Source of the DNA: Planctomycetota bacterium
GTDB taxonomy: Bacteria > Planctomycetota > UBA1135
Direction: 5' to 3'
NCBI GenBank assembly: GCA_045047305.1
Contig: JASFYO010000019.1
Location: forward strand, 5,405-69,404
DNA: 64,000 nucleotides
The notes beneath the pieces were generated by a model that saw only the letters and a program-made list of their open reading frames with translations, was not told the DNA's origin and did no database searches. This document shows positions 9,326-18,610 of this stretch, in pieces. The position numbers and the translations under genes were made by a program. Numbering within the stretch: position 1 is the first letter of the stretch; every line of letters begins with the position of its first letter.

Positions 9326-9987
9326 TGAATACCATGAATTACAGGACTAACATCTTCCAGAATCAAAAGCCAGGTCGTCTGACTATGCTTCTGGGTGCAT
9401 TGTCCATTCTGGCTATTTGCACCATGATGAGTGCACAACAGCCTGGAGATGATGGCACTAACACTGGCGACCATGGAGACAATCCGGTTGTCGGCAGCTT
9501 GCCGATTGAGGTCGACACAGAACTTGACCTGATGTTTGGCGAAGACACGCGAGTCGGAAGCGTTCACGCCACGGCTCCAATGCTTGCTTTGATTGGCGGT
9601 ACTGACCTTGAGGAGTCCATCCTCGATGCATCGGGTTCTCCAAACGGCCGTGTCAATTCCGATTCACGGTTTACTATTCTTGGCCTGCGCAACAGCGGCA
9701 CCATAGTTTTGGACCGGGACGATTTCCGCAACGAGAAGATAATTCTTTCTCAGTGGTTCTCTGGAGAATATTTCGGAGGGCGCTTGACCATGGCCTCGAA
9801 TGTAGGCACTTTTAGTTCATCTATTGAGGGAGAAGCGAAGGTCATGCCGATGAAGTTTTTGGCAACTTCACTCGCTCCGTTTGTGGATGCCTTGATTACT
9901 GCGGAAGGCGCAGGCATCATGAGTCCAACGACTACCATTCATGTTGTCATTGTTGGTGAAGTCGTAACCTTGACCTACCTGCCTTAA
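9325..9987 (+). CDS. Hypothetical exported protein
   Basis: Signal-peptide-like LTMLLGALSILAICTMMSA, then an acidic Gly/Asp-rich segment and a beta-rich remainder. Overlaps the upstream stop (TAATG). Confidence 0.65.
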   Translation: MNTMNYRTNIFQNQKPGRLTMLLGALSILAICTMMSAQQPGDDGTNTGDHGDNPVVGSLPIEVDTELDLMFGEDTRVGSVHATAPMLALIGGTDLEESILDASGSPNGRVNSDSRFTILGLRNSGTIVLDRDDFRNEKIILSQWFSGEYFGGRLTMASNVGTFSSSIEGEAKVMPMKFLATSLAPFVDALITAEGAGIMSPTTTIHVVIVGEVVTLTYLP

Positions 9988-9991
9988 ACTC

Positions 9992-11011
9992 ATGGATCCG
10001 AAAATTGTGGTTCCACAGGGGGACCTCGGGGGCATTGCTCCCGAGGTCCTTCTTAATTCATTGGCCAGCGAAAAGCTGCGCTCCTCCTGCCACCCGGTAA
10101 TCCTCGGGCACATTGGTGCTTTACGTACGATTGCGAAGAATCTTGGCATCGACATCGCGCTTGAGCCCGTCGCCACCGCCAAGGAGGGATTTGCTGTTTC
10201 GACAAGTGACGCGGTTCCGGTTCTGGAGCTGGAGAATGCTGTACCGAACGATCCTCCCGGTCGCCCTGCTGCAAGTTTTGGCATGGCCAGCGTGGAGGCA
10301 GTCTTGCGAGCGGCAAGCTTATGCCTCGAAGGTTCCGCCGACGCCATGGTGACTCCGCCAATCCATAAGGAGAGCGTGCACCTCGCAGGCTTCCCCTTTG
10401 AAGGTCAAACGCAAATGATTGGAGAGGCGTGTCGTTCTCGGCGCTATGGCATGCTTGCTTGCGCAGGCAACCTACAGGTGTTGGTCGCCACTAGGCACAT
10501 GTCCTTGCGTGACGCCCTTGAGCGCCTTGATCCACAGTTCGTTGCGAAGCAAATTCGTATCGCACATGAAGCGGCTAGAGAAACGCTCGGTATTGCATCT
10601 CCTAGGGTTGTTCTTGCTGGCTTGAATCCTCACGCAAGTGAAGGCGGGGCCTTTGGCGATGAAGAGAGTAAAATTTTAGAACCTGCAATTGCGATGGCGC
10701 GACAAGAGTGGGGGTTTGAGACCGCCGGTCCGGCAGTCCCCGATGTCGTTTTTGCAGAAGGCGTACGCGGCGATTGGGATGTTGTGGTCGCGCTTTATCA
10801 CGATCAGGCATTTTTGCCGCTCAAAATGCTACCTAGAGAGTCTTCCTATACGGTTTTTGTTGGGGGCCCGGTTCTGCGCACTAGCCCTATGCATGGCGCG
10901 GCTTATGACATCGCCCGCTCGGGAACGGCCGATTTCCGACCTTTCTCCTTTGCGCTGGAGCAGGCAATTGTGCTTGCAGGGCGTCGAATTGCAGCAGCTC
11001 CTGTAGTTTAG
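9992..11011 (+). CDS. pdxA: 4-hydroxythreonine-4-phosphate dehydrogenase
   Basis: GDLGGIAPE, TPPIHKE, GLNPHASE, LYHDQ and RTSPMHG motifs. Confidence 0.9.
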   Translation: MDPKIVVPQGDLGGIAPEVLLNSLASEKLRSSCHPVILGHIGALRTIAKNLGIDIALEPVATAKEGFAVSTSDAVPVLELENAVPNDPPGRPAASFGMASVEAVLRAASLCLEGSADAMVTPPIHKESVHLAGFPFEGQTQMIGEACRSRRYGMLACAGNLQVLVATRHMSLRDALERLDPQFVAKQIRIAHEAARETLGIASPRVVLAGLNPHASEGGAFGDEESKILEPAIAMARQEWGFETAGPAVPDVVFAEGVRGDWDVVVALYHDQAFLPLKMLPRESSYTVFVGGPVLRTSPMHGAAYDIARSGTADFRPFSFALEQAIVLAGRRIAAAPVV

Positions 11012-11170
11012 GCCTCGCATATTTTTTATTCCGGTTGCTTGGAGTAACCGATAAGAAACCTATGTCTACACAGGTTGTCAGTGGCTTCGTTTGTTATGCG
11101 AGCGGGGTAACTCCCTTGGACTTAGTTTTCAATTCCGTTTTTCTTTACGGAAATCACCCAACGTAATTCA

Positions 11171-12826
11171 ATGAATCCCCACATTCATAGACTATTTATG
11201 GAAGTCGCAATGAGCGCCTTTCTCAGCATTTCCTTTAGCGCAGTTTTAGCTGCACAATCTGGGCCGCTCCAACCCCCGCCTGAGCCAGTTCAGAACATCG
11301 TCACACCAGAAAAGGCTGTTCTGGGAAAAATGCTGTTCTGGGAGGAGCAGCTTTCAACGGACAAGAGTATGGCTTGCGGTACTTGTCATTTGCCGGAAAA
11401 AGGATTTACCGATAACCGTCATGGGCAAACACTCGGCAACGATGGAGCAGACGGTGGTTTTGACGATATTTTTTCCTCACCAGGTGTCGTCCGAATGAAT
11501 GCTAACAGCGAATATGTTCCGCATGAGGAGTTTGGTATGCATCCTCAGTTAACGCCACGTCGCGCGAATGACATCACTGGTTCCCTCTATCAGTCAGAGA
11601 TCTTCTGGGATGGTCGGGCAGGAGAGGAGTTCCTTGATCCGCAGACGGGCGCGGTCCTGATTCCTTTTGGCGGGGCCCTGGAAACGCAAGCATTGGTCCC
11701 GATTCAATCTGAGGTTGAGATGAGTCACCTCGGCCGAGACTGGCCAGAAATTGTTGCGCAGATTGCAGAGGCAACTCCCATGCGGCTTGCTTCGAACTTA
11801 CCTGCCGACATCGTTGCAGCTTTGGCTATCGACCCAACCTACCCCGATCTCTTCGAGGCAGCGTTCGGGGACCCCGCAGTCACTCCAGCACGCATCGCTT
11901 TTGCCCTGGCAACTTATGAGCGCACGTTGGTTCCGAATCAGACACCTTGGGATGATTATGTGAGTGGCAATCTGACTGCACTCACTCCAGAACAAGAAGA
12001 TGGATGGATTCAGTTTCAAGGTATCGCAGGTTGCATTGATTGCCACACGGCTCCAGTGTTTAGTGATGGAGCATTTCATAACAATGGGATCCGTCATTGG
12101 CGTGCCGACAAGGGGCGTTTTGCAATCACTGGAAACCAAAATGAACTCGCTGCATTCAAAACACCGAGTTTACGCAACGCTGGTTTGCGCGATCGTTTTT
12201 TCCATGGCGGAACCGTGGTATCCCTGGACCAAGTAGGCGTGGTCTACTTGAATGGCGGTGGGCTATTCCGTGGAAACCTAGATCCATTATTGCGCAACTT
12301 AAATGGCGTTTCTGGAATCGACATGGACAATATCATGGACTTTGTAGCGAATGGCTTGACGGATCCTCGGGTGGCGAATCAAACTTTTCCCTTTGACCGC
12401 CCAACGCTTTGGAGTGAAGCGCATGTCTTTGGTGACAATCGCTTCGGGGTTGAAACGGCCTCGGCAGGTTCGGTGGCTCCAGTAATTATCGCGCCACAAC
12501 CCATTTGGACCGGCGCGACATCCGTGCGTATTGCCTTGGCTCGTGCCAAGGGCGGGGGACTTGCGCATTTCGGCCTTGCCCGGAACCGTGGTAACGGCTT
12601 CATTCTCGGGTCACCGTCGAACCTTGCACTTCCCTTAGTGATGGAGCTTACAAATAAACTTCCAGGGGTTGGCGACGACGACGGCGAGTGGTGTGTGAAG
12701 TTAGATTTCCCCAACAACCCAAGCTTGATAGGCAAGGTCTTCCATGCTCAGTTTTGGATTGAAGACCCCAGAAATCCAGGAACGCCCCCCGCGGTTACGA
12801 AGGGCGTTAGTGTGGAAATCCAGTAA
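11171..12826 (+). CDS. Exported di-heme cytochrome c peroxidase/MauG-like protein with extra C-terminal domain
   Basis: Signal peptide, LGKMLFWE, CGTCH, FWDGRA, CIDCH and FKTPSLRN. Confidence 0.9.
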   Translation: MNPHIHRLFMEVAMSAFLSISFSAVLAAQSGPLQPPPEPVQNIVTPEKAVLGKMLFWEEQLSTDKSMACGTCHLPEKGFTDNRHGQTLGNDGADGGFDDIFSSPGVVRMNANSEYVPHEEFGMHPQLTPRRANDITGSLYQSEIFWDGRAGEEFLDPQTGAVLIPFGGALETQALVPIQSEVEMSHLGRDWPEIVAQIAEATPMRLASNLPADIVAALAIDPTYPDLFEAAFGDPAVTPARIAFALATYERTLVPNQTPWDDYVSGNLTALTPEQEDGWIQFQGIAGCIDCHTAPVFSDGAFHNNGIRHWRADKGRFAITGNQNELAAFKTPSLRNAGLRDRFFHGGTVVSLDQVGVVYLNGGGLFRGNLDPLLRNLNGVSGIDMDNIMDFVANGLTDPRVANQTFPFDRPTLWSEAHVFGDNRFGVETASAGSVAPVIIAPQPIWTGATSVRIALARAKGGGLAHFGLARNRGNGFILGSPSNLALPLVMELTNKLPGVGDDDGEWCVKLDFPNNPSLIGKVFHAQFWIEDPRNPGTPPAVTKGVSVEIQ

Positions 12827-12838
12827 ACCGCTAAGGCT

Positions 12839-14248
12839 TTACATGCGGTTTAAGTAGCGCTCCACCTCCCAAGGGTGAACCATCGCAATGTATTCTTGCC
12901 ATTCGGTGCGCTTTGCGTGAACGAACTGGGTGAACGCGTGCTCGCCCAGAGCATTCCTTAACACTGGATCTTTCTCAAGCAGGTCGACGGCCTCGCCTAG
13001 GTTTGCAGGCAAGCTCTTAATTTTGAGGCGTGCACGCTCGCGTTGGCTCATGGTGTAAACATTACCGGTAACGGGTTTAGGTGGTTCGGTTTTGTTTTTC
13101 ACGCCATCGAGGCCCGCCGCCAGCATGACAGCAAATGCCAAGTATGGATTGCAGCTTGGATCCGGCATGCGAAGTTCGCAACGCGTTCCAATTCCACGAC
13201 GTGCCGGCACCCGGACCAACGGTGAACGGTTGCGCATCGACCAAGCGAGGTGGGTCGGTGCTTCATAGCCAGGCACTAAACGCTTGTAGCTGTTGACGGT
13301 TGGATTGGTCACAGCGCATAGAGCGCGACCGTGTTCAAGCAAGCCACCAACGTAGTGCCGCATAAGGTCGGAAACACCCTCGTCGTCGGCCCCTTCTTCA
13401 AAGAAGACGTTCTTGCCATTTTCAAACAGAGACATGTGAACATGCATGCCCGAACCGTTCTCGCCGAAAATTGGTTTTGGCATGAAGGTGGCGTGCAATC
13501 CCATGTCGCGTGCAATCTTGCGCACTACGAAGCGAAAAACCGAAAGGCGATCAGCTGTGGCAAGTGCACTGCCGTATTTGAAGTCGATCTCGTGTTGGCC
13601 AGCCGCAACTTCGTGGTGGGCAGCTTCAATTTCAAAGCCAAGTTGCTCGAGTGCAATCGTGATTTCACGACGACACTTTTCACCGAGGTCCGTTGGCGCG
13701 AGGTCAAAGTAACCAGCGGAGTCGTGGGTGATGGTCGTTGCACTGCCATCCGCGGCGCGTTGGAACAAAAAGAACTCAGCCTCAGGGCCGGCGTTCATTT
13801 CATAACCCATTTCTGCAGCTTCAGCGCAAACCTTCTTCAAAATGCCGCGGGGGCAGCCGTCGAATGGAACGCCTTCTGGGAGGAAGATGTCGCAGATGAT
13901 GTGAGCAACAAGGCCGTGCGAGCTATGCGCCATGCTTTCACTCGGCCACGGATCTACGCGGTAAGTTGCGTAGTCTGGGCTCAGCAGCATGTCGGATTCT
14001 TCAATCCGGGTGAAGCCTTCGATGGAGGAACCATCAAACATGATTTCGCCGTCGAGAGCTTTCTCGAACTGGCTGGCTGGGACCTCCACGTTTTTGTTGG
14101 TACCTGCAATATCGGTGAACTGCAGGCGCAAGAAACGCACGTTGTACTTCTTCATGTGCGCGAGGATGTCTGCGCGGCCCATCTTGTCAGAGATAGCGAA
14201 GCAAGCCTCACGAGTGTGGTCGAGGTTTTCCATTGTCTGAGTAGTCAT
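12839..14248 (-). CDS. glnA: Glutamine synthetase type I (GSI-alpha-like)
   Basis: FDGSSIEGF, HHEVAAGQHEIDF, ATFMPKP, NGSGMHVH, KRLVPGYEAP and ELRMPDP. Confidence 0.97.
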   Translation of the reverse strand: MTTQTMENLDHTREACFAISDKMGRADILAHMKKYNVRFLRLQFTDIAGTNKNVEVPASQFEKALDGEIMFDGSSIEGFTRIEESDMLLSPDYATYRVDPWPSESMAHSSHGLVAHIICDIFLPEGVPFDGCPRGILKKVCAEAAEMGYEMNAGPEAEFFLFQRAADGSATTITHDSAGYFDLAPTDLGEKCRREITIALEQLGFEIEAAHHEVAAGQHEIDFKYGSALATADRLSVFRFVVRKIARDMGLHATFMPKPIFGENGSGMHVHMSLFENGKNVFFEEGADDEGVSDLMRHYVGGLLEHGRALCAVTNPTVNSYKRLVPGYEAPTHLAWSMRNRSPLVRVPARRGIGTRCELRMPDPSCNPYLAFAVMLAAGLDGVKNKTEPPKPVTGNVYTMSQRERARLKIKSLPANLGEAVDLLEKDPVLRNALGEHAFTQFVHAKRTEWQEYIAMVHPWEVERYLNRM

Positions 14249-14304
14249 GTCTTGAATCTATTTGGGGAGAGAAGGACGGCGAAAGCGTGGGTAGGATACC
14301 CCCA

Positions 14305-14425
14305 TATCGCAAAATGATGCTTAAAAATTGCATATTTTGCAATTTAACGGAATCATTTTCGGCGTAGAATGCAAGAAATGTGCATTTTTAGCGCATAGTT
14401 CTGCAAAAAATGCGTTATGGCACAA
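14305..14425. promoter_or_regulatory. AT-rich region with phased (T)GCA motifs and palindromes upstream of glnA
   Basis: AAATTGCA-tattt-TGCAATTT (14325-14345) and AATGCA-agaaatg-TGCATT (14368-14386). GC cores recur about every 10 bp. Confidence 0.55.
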
Positions 14426-14473
14426 TTATGGTTTAACCCTTAGCATCTCAAGGTCCCCCTGGGCCATTTCCCC

Positions 14474-17400
14474 TTGCTGAAGCCGCGCACAACCTTCCTT
14501 CTTTCGTTCCTTGCCGCCCCTTTGTCGTTGCTAGCGCAGGAGCCGGAAACCTATCAGGCCCCAGAGGAGCCTCTCCCGGCGACCATACAGCCGGCGAGTG
14601 GGGAAGCGGCGGCGGCGATTTCTGGCTTTCGAGTTCCAGACGGCACCACCATCCAGTTAGTTGCAGCAGAGCCACTGCTGGCGAATCCAGTGGCGATCGA
14701 GGTCGACGCTCAGGGCCGGGTTTACGTTGCAGAAACCTTTCGTCAAGAAACGGAAGGAGTTGCAGATAATCGTACCTTCCCAGAATGGCTACAGGACGAC
14801 CTGCGTTTGCAAACCGTGGAAGAGCGCGCGGAAATGATGCTGCGACATCATCCGGAGTTTGCCACGGAATGGACCGACCATGATGAGCGCATACAGTTGC
14901 TCGAAGACCTTGATCATGATGGCTTGTTTGAGAGTTCGAAACTGTTCGCGCATGGTTTTCACGATCTGCTCGACGGAACCGGCGCGGGGCTACTGGTGCG
15001 TGGTAAGGATGTTTACTACACCTGCATTCCTAAGCTTTGGAAACTAACCGATGCCGATAGTGATGGCGTTGCAGACAGCGGTACCGCATTGCACCATGGT
15101 TTTGGAGTGCGTGTTGCTTTTCGCGGGCACGATATGCACGGTTTGGTTTTGGGCCCCATGCGCAAGCTTTACTTTAGTATCGGAGACCGCGGCTATCACG
15201 TGCAAACTAGTGAGGGGGTTTGGTTGTCGGAGCCCGGTCGTGGCGCTGTGTTCCGCTGTGATTTAGATGGAAGCAACTTGGAAGTTTTTGCCACCGGTTT
15301 ACGAAACCCACAGGAGCTCGCCTTTGATGATTTTGGCAACCTTTTTACCGTCGACAACAACTGCGATGCTGGAGATGGGGCGCGCTTAGTGCATGTTTTA
15401 GAGCAGGGAGATTGCGGTTGGCGTATGAACTTCCAATACCTTCCTGATCGGGGTCCATGGATGAGTGAAGAGTGGTGGAAGCCCGCGACGGAAGTGCCAG
15501 CACATCCGGCATTCCTAAACGCACCGGTTGCTAATATTTCCAGCGGACCTTCGGGGCTAGCGGCCTATCCTGGCGTGGGCCTTGGTCCTGGAATGGAAGG
15601 GAGCTTTTTCCTCTGTGATTTCCTTGGTGGATCCAGCTATAGCGGTATCCGGCGCTTTACCGTGAAGCGAGAAGGTGCAAGCTTTCTGTTGGATGAGGAA
15701 GAGGAGTATTGGTGGGGCGTCTTAGCTACCGACGTCTGCTTTGAGCCGGATGGTTCGATGCTCATCAGCGATTGGGTCCAGGGTTGGATTGGCGAAGGCT
15801 ATGGCCGCCTTTATCGTGCGCGCGATTCCAATGCAGATACAGACCTCATGAAGGCCACAGCAGATTTGTTAGGCGAAGGTTTTACTCAAAGGGAGACAAC
15901 CTTTTTGCTTTCCCTTTTGGGACACCCCGACCGTCGGGTTCGTCTGGAGGCACAGTGGGAGCTTGCCGATCGAAATGCTGTAGAAGGATTTACAGCAATG
16001 CTCGCTAATCAAGATGCGCCCTTGCTTGCGCGCATTCATGCTTTGTGGGGCATAGGGATGTTGGAGGAGCCAAGTCAGGAAGCGATTGCTGCTGTAAACC
16101 TTCTTTTGCAAAATGCGAATATTGAATTGCGTACGCAAGCTCTTAAGACCCTCCGCGCACAAGGTCTCCAAGCTCCGGGCGAAGACCTTCAGCGCTGTTT
16201 GGGCGATGCATCTATGCAGGTGCGTTTGGAAGCAGTTCTTCTTTCGGGTGGGAATCCAGAAGCAATCTTTGCGGCGATTCAGGGAGAGGGCATGCAGGAT
16301 CGCGCCTTGGTTCAGGCGGCTGCGTGGTCACTCGCTCAAGGCGATATGATCTTCGCTACATTCCCGCAAGGATGGAAAGAGCAACCGGCAATGCGCAGGC
16401 TTGTGGTTTTGGCGCTGCGACATCGCAAGGACTTTTCACGCCTGGAGGAGTTTTTGTTGGATGCGGATTCTTCGATCGCGAATGAAGCAGCGTGCGCCAT
16501 TTATGACTTGGGTGGTGTTTCGTCAAAGTTAGCCGCTCGCTTTGTGGACGCTGCCTCGCTCCCTATTCCCATGGCCCGACGCGCGGCCGCAATGTGCAAC
16601 CGCATTGGTGGCGCGAAAGAAGCGCGATTGCTTTACGCATTCATTACTGCGCAACTGGGGGAAGCTTGGCTGCTGCAGGAGGTTGAGCAGTATGTGCGCG
16701 ACTGGGACCGGCCGCATGAATTCGATGTGGTGCTGAATGAGAGCCAAAGTTTTGGACCTCGAGTTGCAGACTGGTTTGTCGGAAAAGATTTACCCTTCTC
16801 TACGGCCAGGGAAATGGATGCGGTAGAACGCGGAAGAAAAGTCTTTAGTGGTAACGCCGTGGCAGGCTGTATTAAGTGCCATTCTTTGCGTGGGGTTACG
16901 CCGCAAGGCTACCGAAGCCTTGCGGGTCCGGATCTTTCGCTGATTGGCTTGATGCAGAATGAAGGGGAATTACGTGAGTCCATTCTGAACCCAACGGCGA
17001 GCATTGCCTCAGGGTTTGAAACCCTAGGTGATAATGGAGAGGTCTTGCCCCTATCCACCATGCCACCAAACTTTTCACAAGTGCTGAGTGAAGAAGAGGT
17101 AGATGATTTGGTCATATTTCTCGCGCAACAAAAGCAAGAGCGAAAGATTTTGGTACACGTTGATTCACAGGGCTATGAGCATGCTGTTGCTAAGGCGAAC
17201 GAATCAGGACTCTCTTTAGTGGAGCGCAGTTGGAAACGATGGGCCGAATCGGACATTCGTTTTTCGGTCATTATCGATCGAGGCTACACAAGGTTTACAG
17301 ATTCCGGCTTATCGGATTTCGACGCTGTGTTTTTCTATACATCAGGAGAGCTGCCGATGGATGAATCGCAGAAGGAAGCCTTGCTGAAGTTCGTGCGCGG

Positions 17401-18610
17401 CGGGGGTGCATTTGTTGGTGCGCATTGTGCAAGCGACACCTTTTATGAGTGGCCGGAGTACGGGTCGATGCTCGGTGGCGTTTTCGACGGCCATCCGTGG
17501 CACCAGAGAGTAAAAGTCACGGTAGAGGATCCAACCCACCCTGCCATGCGTTCACTTAAATCAGGTTTTGCCCTGACCGACGAGATTTATCAATTCCGTG
17601 CTCCTTACGACCGGTCGAAATGTCATGTGCTGCTTTCGCTAAACAACGCCTCGGTGGAACTAGATGCGGAGTTCGTACACCGTGAAGACATGGACTTTGC
17701 ACTGGCTTGGCAGCGTACTGAAGGGGAAGGTGGTGTGTTCTACACTGCACTCGGCCATCGCTTAGAAGTGTGGCAGTCGGAATGGTTCCGGGATTTACTG
17801 GTGGAAGGAACGTTAGTTGTTTGCGATGGTCCCATGACGCCCACCGAGGTTGGGGCCGGGGCTATACCTACACCAAACCCAGCGGCCCCGGTTGAAGCTG
17901 AACCAGAGGCTGAAGAAAACGCTTCCGCCTTCCTGCACGAGTTCGCCCCAGGTATCGGGCTTAACTTTATGCCCATTCGCGCCGAAGACGGAAGCACTTT
18001 CTGGATGTCAACCACCGAAGTTCCGTGGGAGCTTTACGACCTTTTCTTTCTGCGCGAAGACGAGCAAGTGGAAATCGACGGCATCACCGGGCCGAGCCGC
18101 TCGGTATTCCCGGTCACGCGTGGCTACGGTCACGATGGGATTCCTGCTTTGGGAATGACGCTGCATGCGGCACAAGAATTTGGACGCTGGGCTTCACAGT
18201 CGTCGACGCGTCGTTTTCGCTTACCGACAGAGGCGGAGTGGCGAACCGCGGCAGGCCGCACCCCAGGAAAATTGGAGTACCCGTCATTGGCTTGGTTTTC
18301 CGGCAATGCCGATGACACTCCACACCAGGTTGCGCAAAAAGAACCCAATGAGTTTGGCCTTTTTGATATGTTCGGAAACGTCGCTGAGTGGGTGCAAGGC
18401 GGCGAGAAGAATGGCGTTGCGTTGGGAGGAAGTTTCCTTTCCGAGTTGGACGTGCTTGGCCCCGCCGCGCGAGAGGTTTACACACTTTCTTGGCAACAGC
18501 GCGACCCGCAATTCCCGAAAAGCAGTTGGTGGATGTCGGACGGAGGCTTCGTTGGCTTTCGCCTTGTTACCCTGGATGGACCGCTTCCCCTAACCACAAC
18601 TAAAGAATGA
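14474..18610 (+). CDS. PVC-type heme-binding membrane-bound dehydrogenase (beta-propeller, HEAT, cytochrome c) fused to ThuA-like and FGE/SUMF1-like domains
   Basis: LVAAEPLLANPVA, GLRNPQELAFD, HEAT-like repeats, CIKCH...GPDLS, ThuA (GAHCASDT, HPWHQ, DEIY, YTALGH), FGE-like (RLPTEAEW, NEFGLFDMFGNVAEW, VGFRLV). Confidence 0.88.
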   Translation: MLKPRTTFLLSFLAAPLSLLAQEPETYQAPEEPLPATIQPASGEAAAAISGFRVPDGTTIQLVAAEPLLANPVAIEVDAQGRVYVAETFRQETEGVADNRTFPEWLQDDLRLQTVEERAEMMLRHHPEFATEWTDHDERIQLLEDLDHDGLFESSKLFAHGFHDLLDGTGAGLLVRGKDVYYTCIPKLWKLTDADSDGVADSGTALHHGFGVRVAFRGHDMHGLVLGPMRKLYFSIGDRGYHVQTSEGVWLSEPGRGAVFRCDLDGSNLEVFATGLRNPQELAFDDFGNLFTVDNNCDAGDGARLVHVLEQGDCGWRMNFQYLPDRGPWMSEEWWKPATEVPAHPAFLNAPVANISSGPSGLAAYPGVGLGPGMEGSFFLCDFLGGSSYSGIRRFTVKREGASFLLDEEEEYWWGVLATDVCFEPDGSMLISDWVQGWIGEGYGRLYRARDSNADTDLMKATADLLGEGFTQRETTFLLSLLGHPDRRVRLEAQWELADRNAVEGFTAMLANQDAPLLARIHALWGIGMLEEPSQEAIAAVNLLLQNANIELRTQALKTLRAQGLQAPGEDLQRCLGDASMQVRLEAVLLSGGNPEAIFAAIQGEGMQDRALVQAAAWSLAQGDMIFATFPQGWKEQPAMRRLVVLALRHRKDFSRLEEFLLDADSSIANEAACAIYDLGGVSSKLAARFVDAASLPIPMARRAAAMCNRIGGAKEARLLYAFITAQLGEAWLLQEVEQYVRDWDRPHEFDVVLNESQSFGPRVADWFVGKDLPFSTAREMDAVERGRKVFSGNAVAGCIKCHSLRGVTPQGYRSLAGPDLSLIGLMQNEGELRESILNPTASIASGFETLGDNGEVLPLSTMPPNFSQVLSEEEVDDLVIFLAQQKQERKILVHVDSQGYEHAVAKANESGLSLVERSWKRWAESDIRFSVIIDRGYTRFTDSGLSDFDAVFFYTSGELPMDESQKEALLKFVRGGGAFVGAHCASDTFYEWPEYGSMLGGVFDGHPWHQRVKVTVEDPTHPAMRSLKSGFALTDEIYQFRAPYDRSKCHVLLSLNNASVELDAEFVHREDMDFALAWQRTEGEGGVFYTALGHRLEVWQSEWFRDLLVEGTLVVCDGPMTPTEVGAGAIPTPNPAAPVEAEPEAEENASAFLHEFAPGIGLNFMPIRAEDGSTFWMSTTEVPWELYDLFFLREDEQVEIDGITGPSRSVFPVTRGYGHDGIPALGMTLHAAQEFGRWASQSSTRRFRLPTEAEWRTAAGRTPGKLEYPSLAWFSGNADDTPHQVAQKEPNEFGLFDMFGNVAEWVQGGEKNGVALGGSFLSELDVLGPAAREVYTLSWQQRDPQFPKSSWWMSDGGFVGFRLVTLDGPLPLTTTKE

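Noticed and set aside
13331-14317. 328-aa plus-strand ORF
   Set aside because: Almost entirely antisense to glnA with no recognisable motifs. A shadow ORF.
14418-14432. TGGCAC as a sigma54 promoter for the dehydrogenase (also TGGCAC near 6404 and 46051)
   Set aside because: The -12 GC is missing at the required GG-N10-GC spacing.
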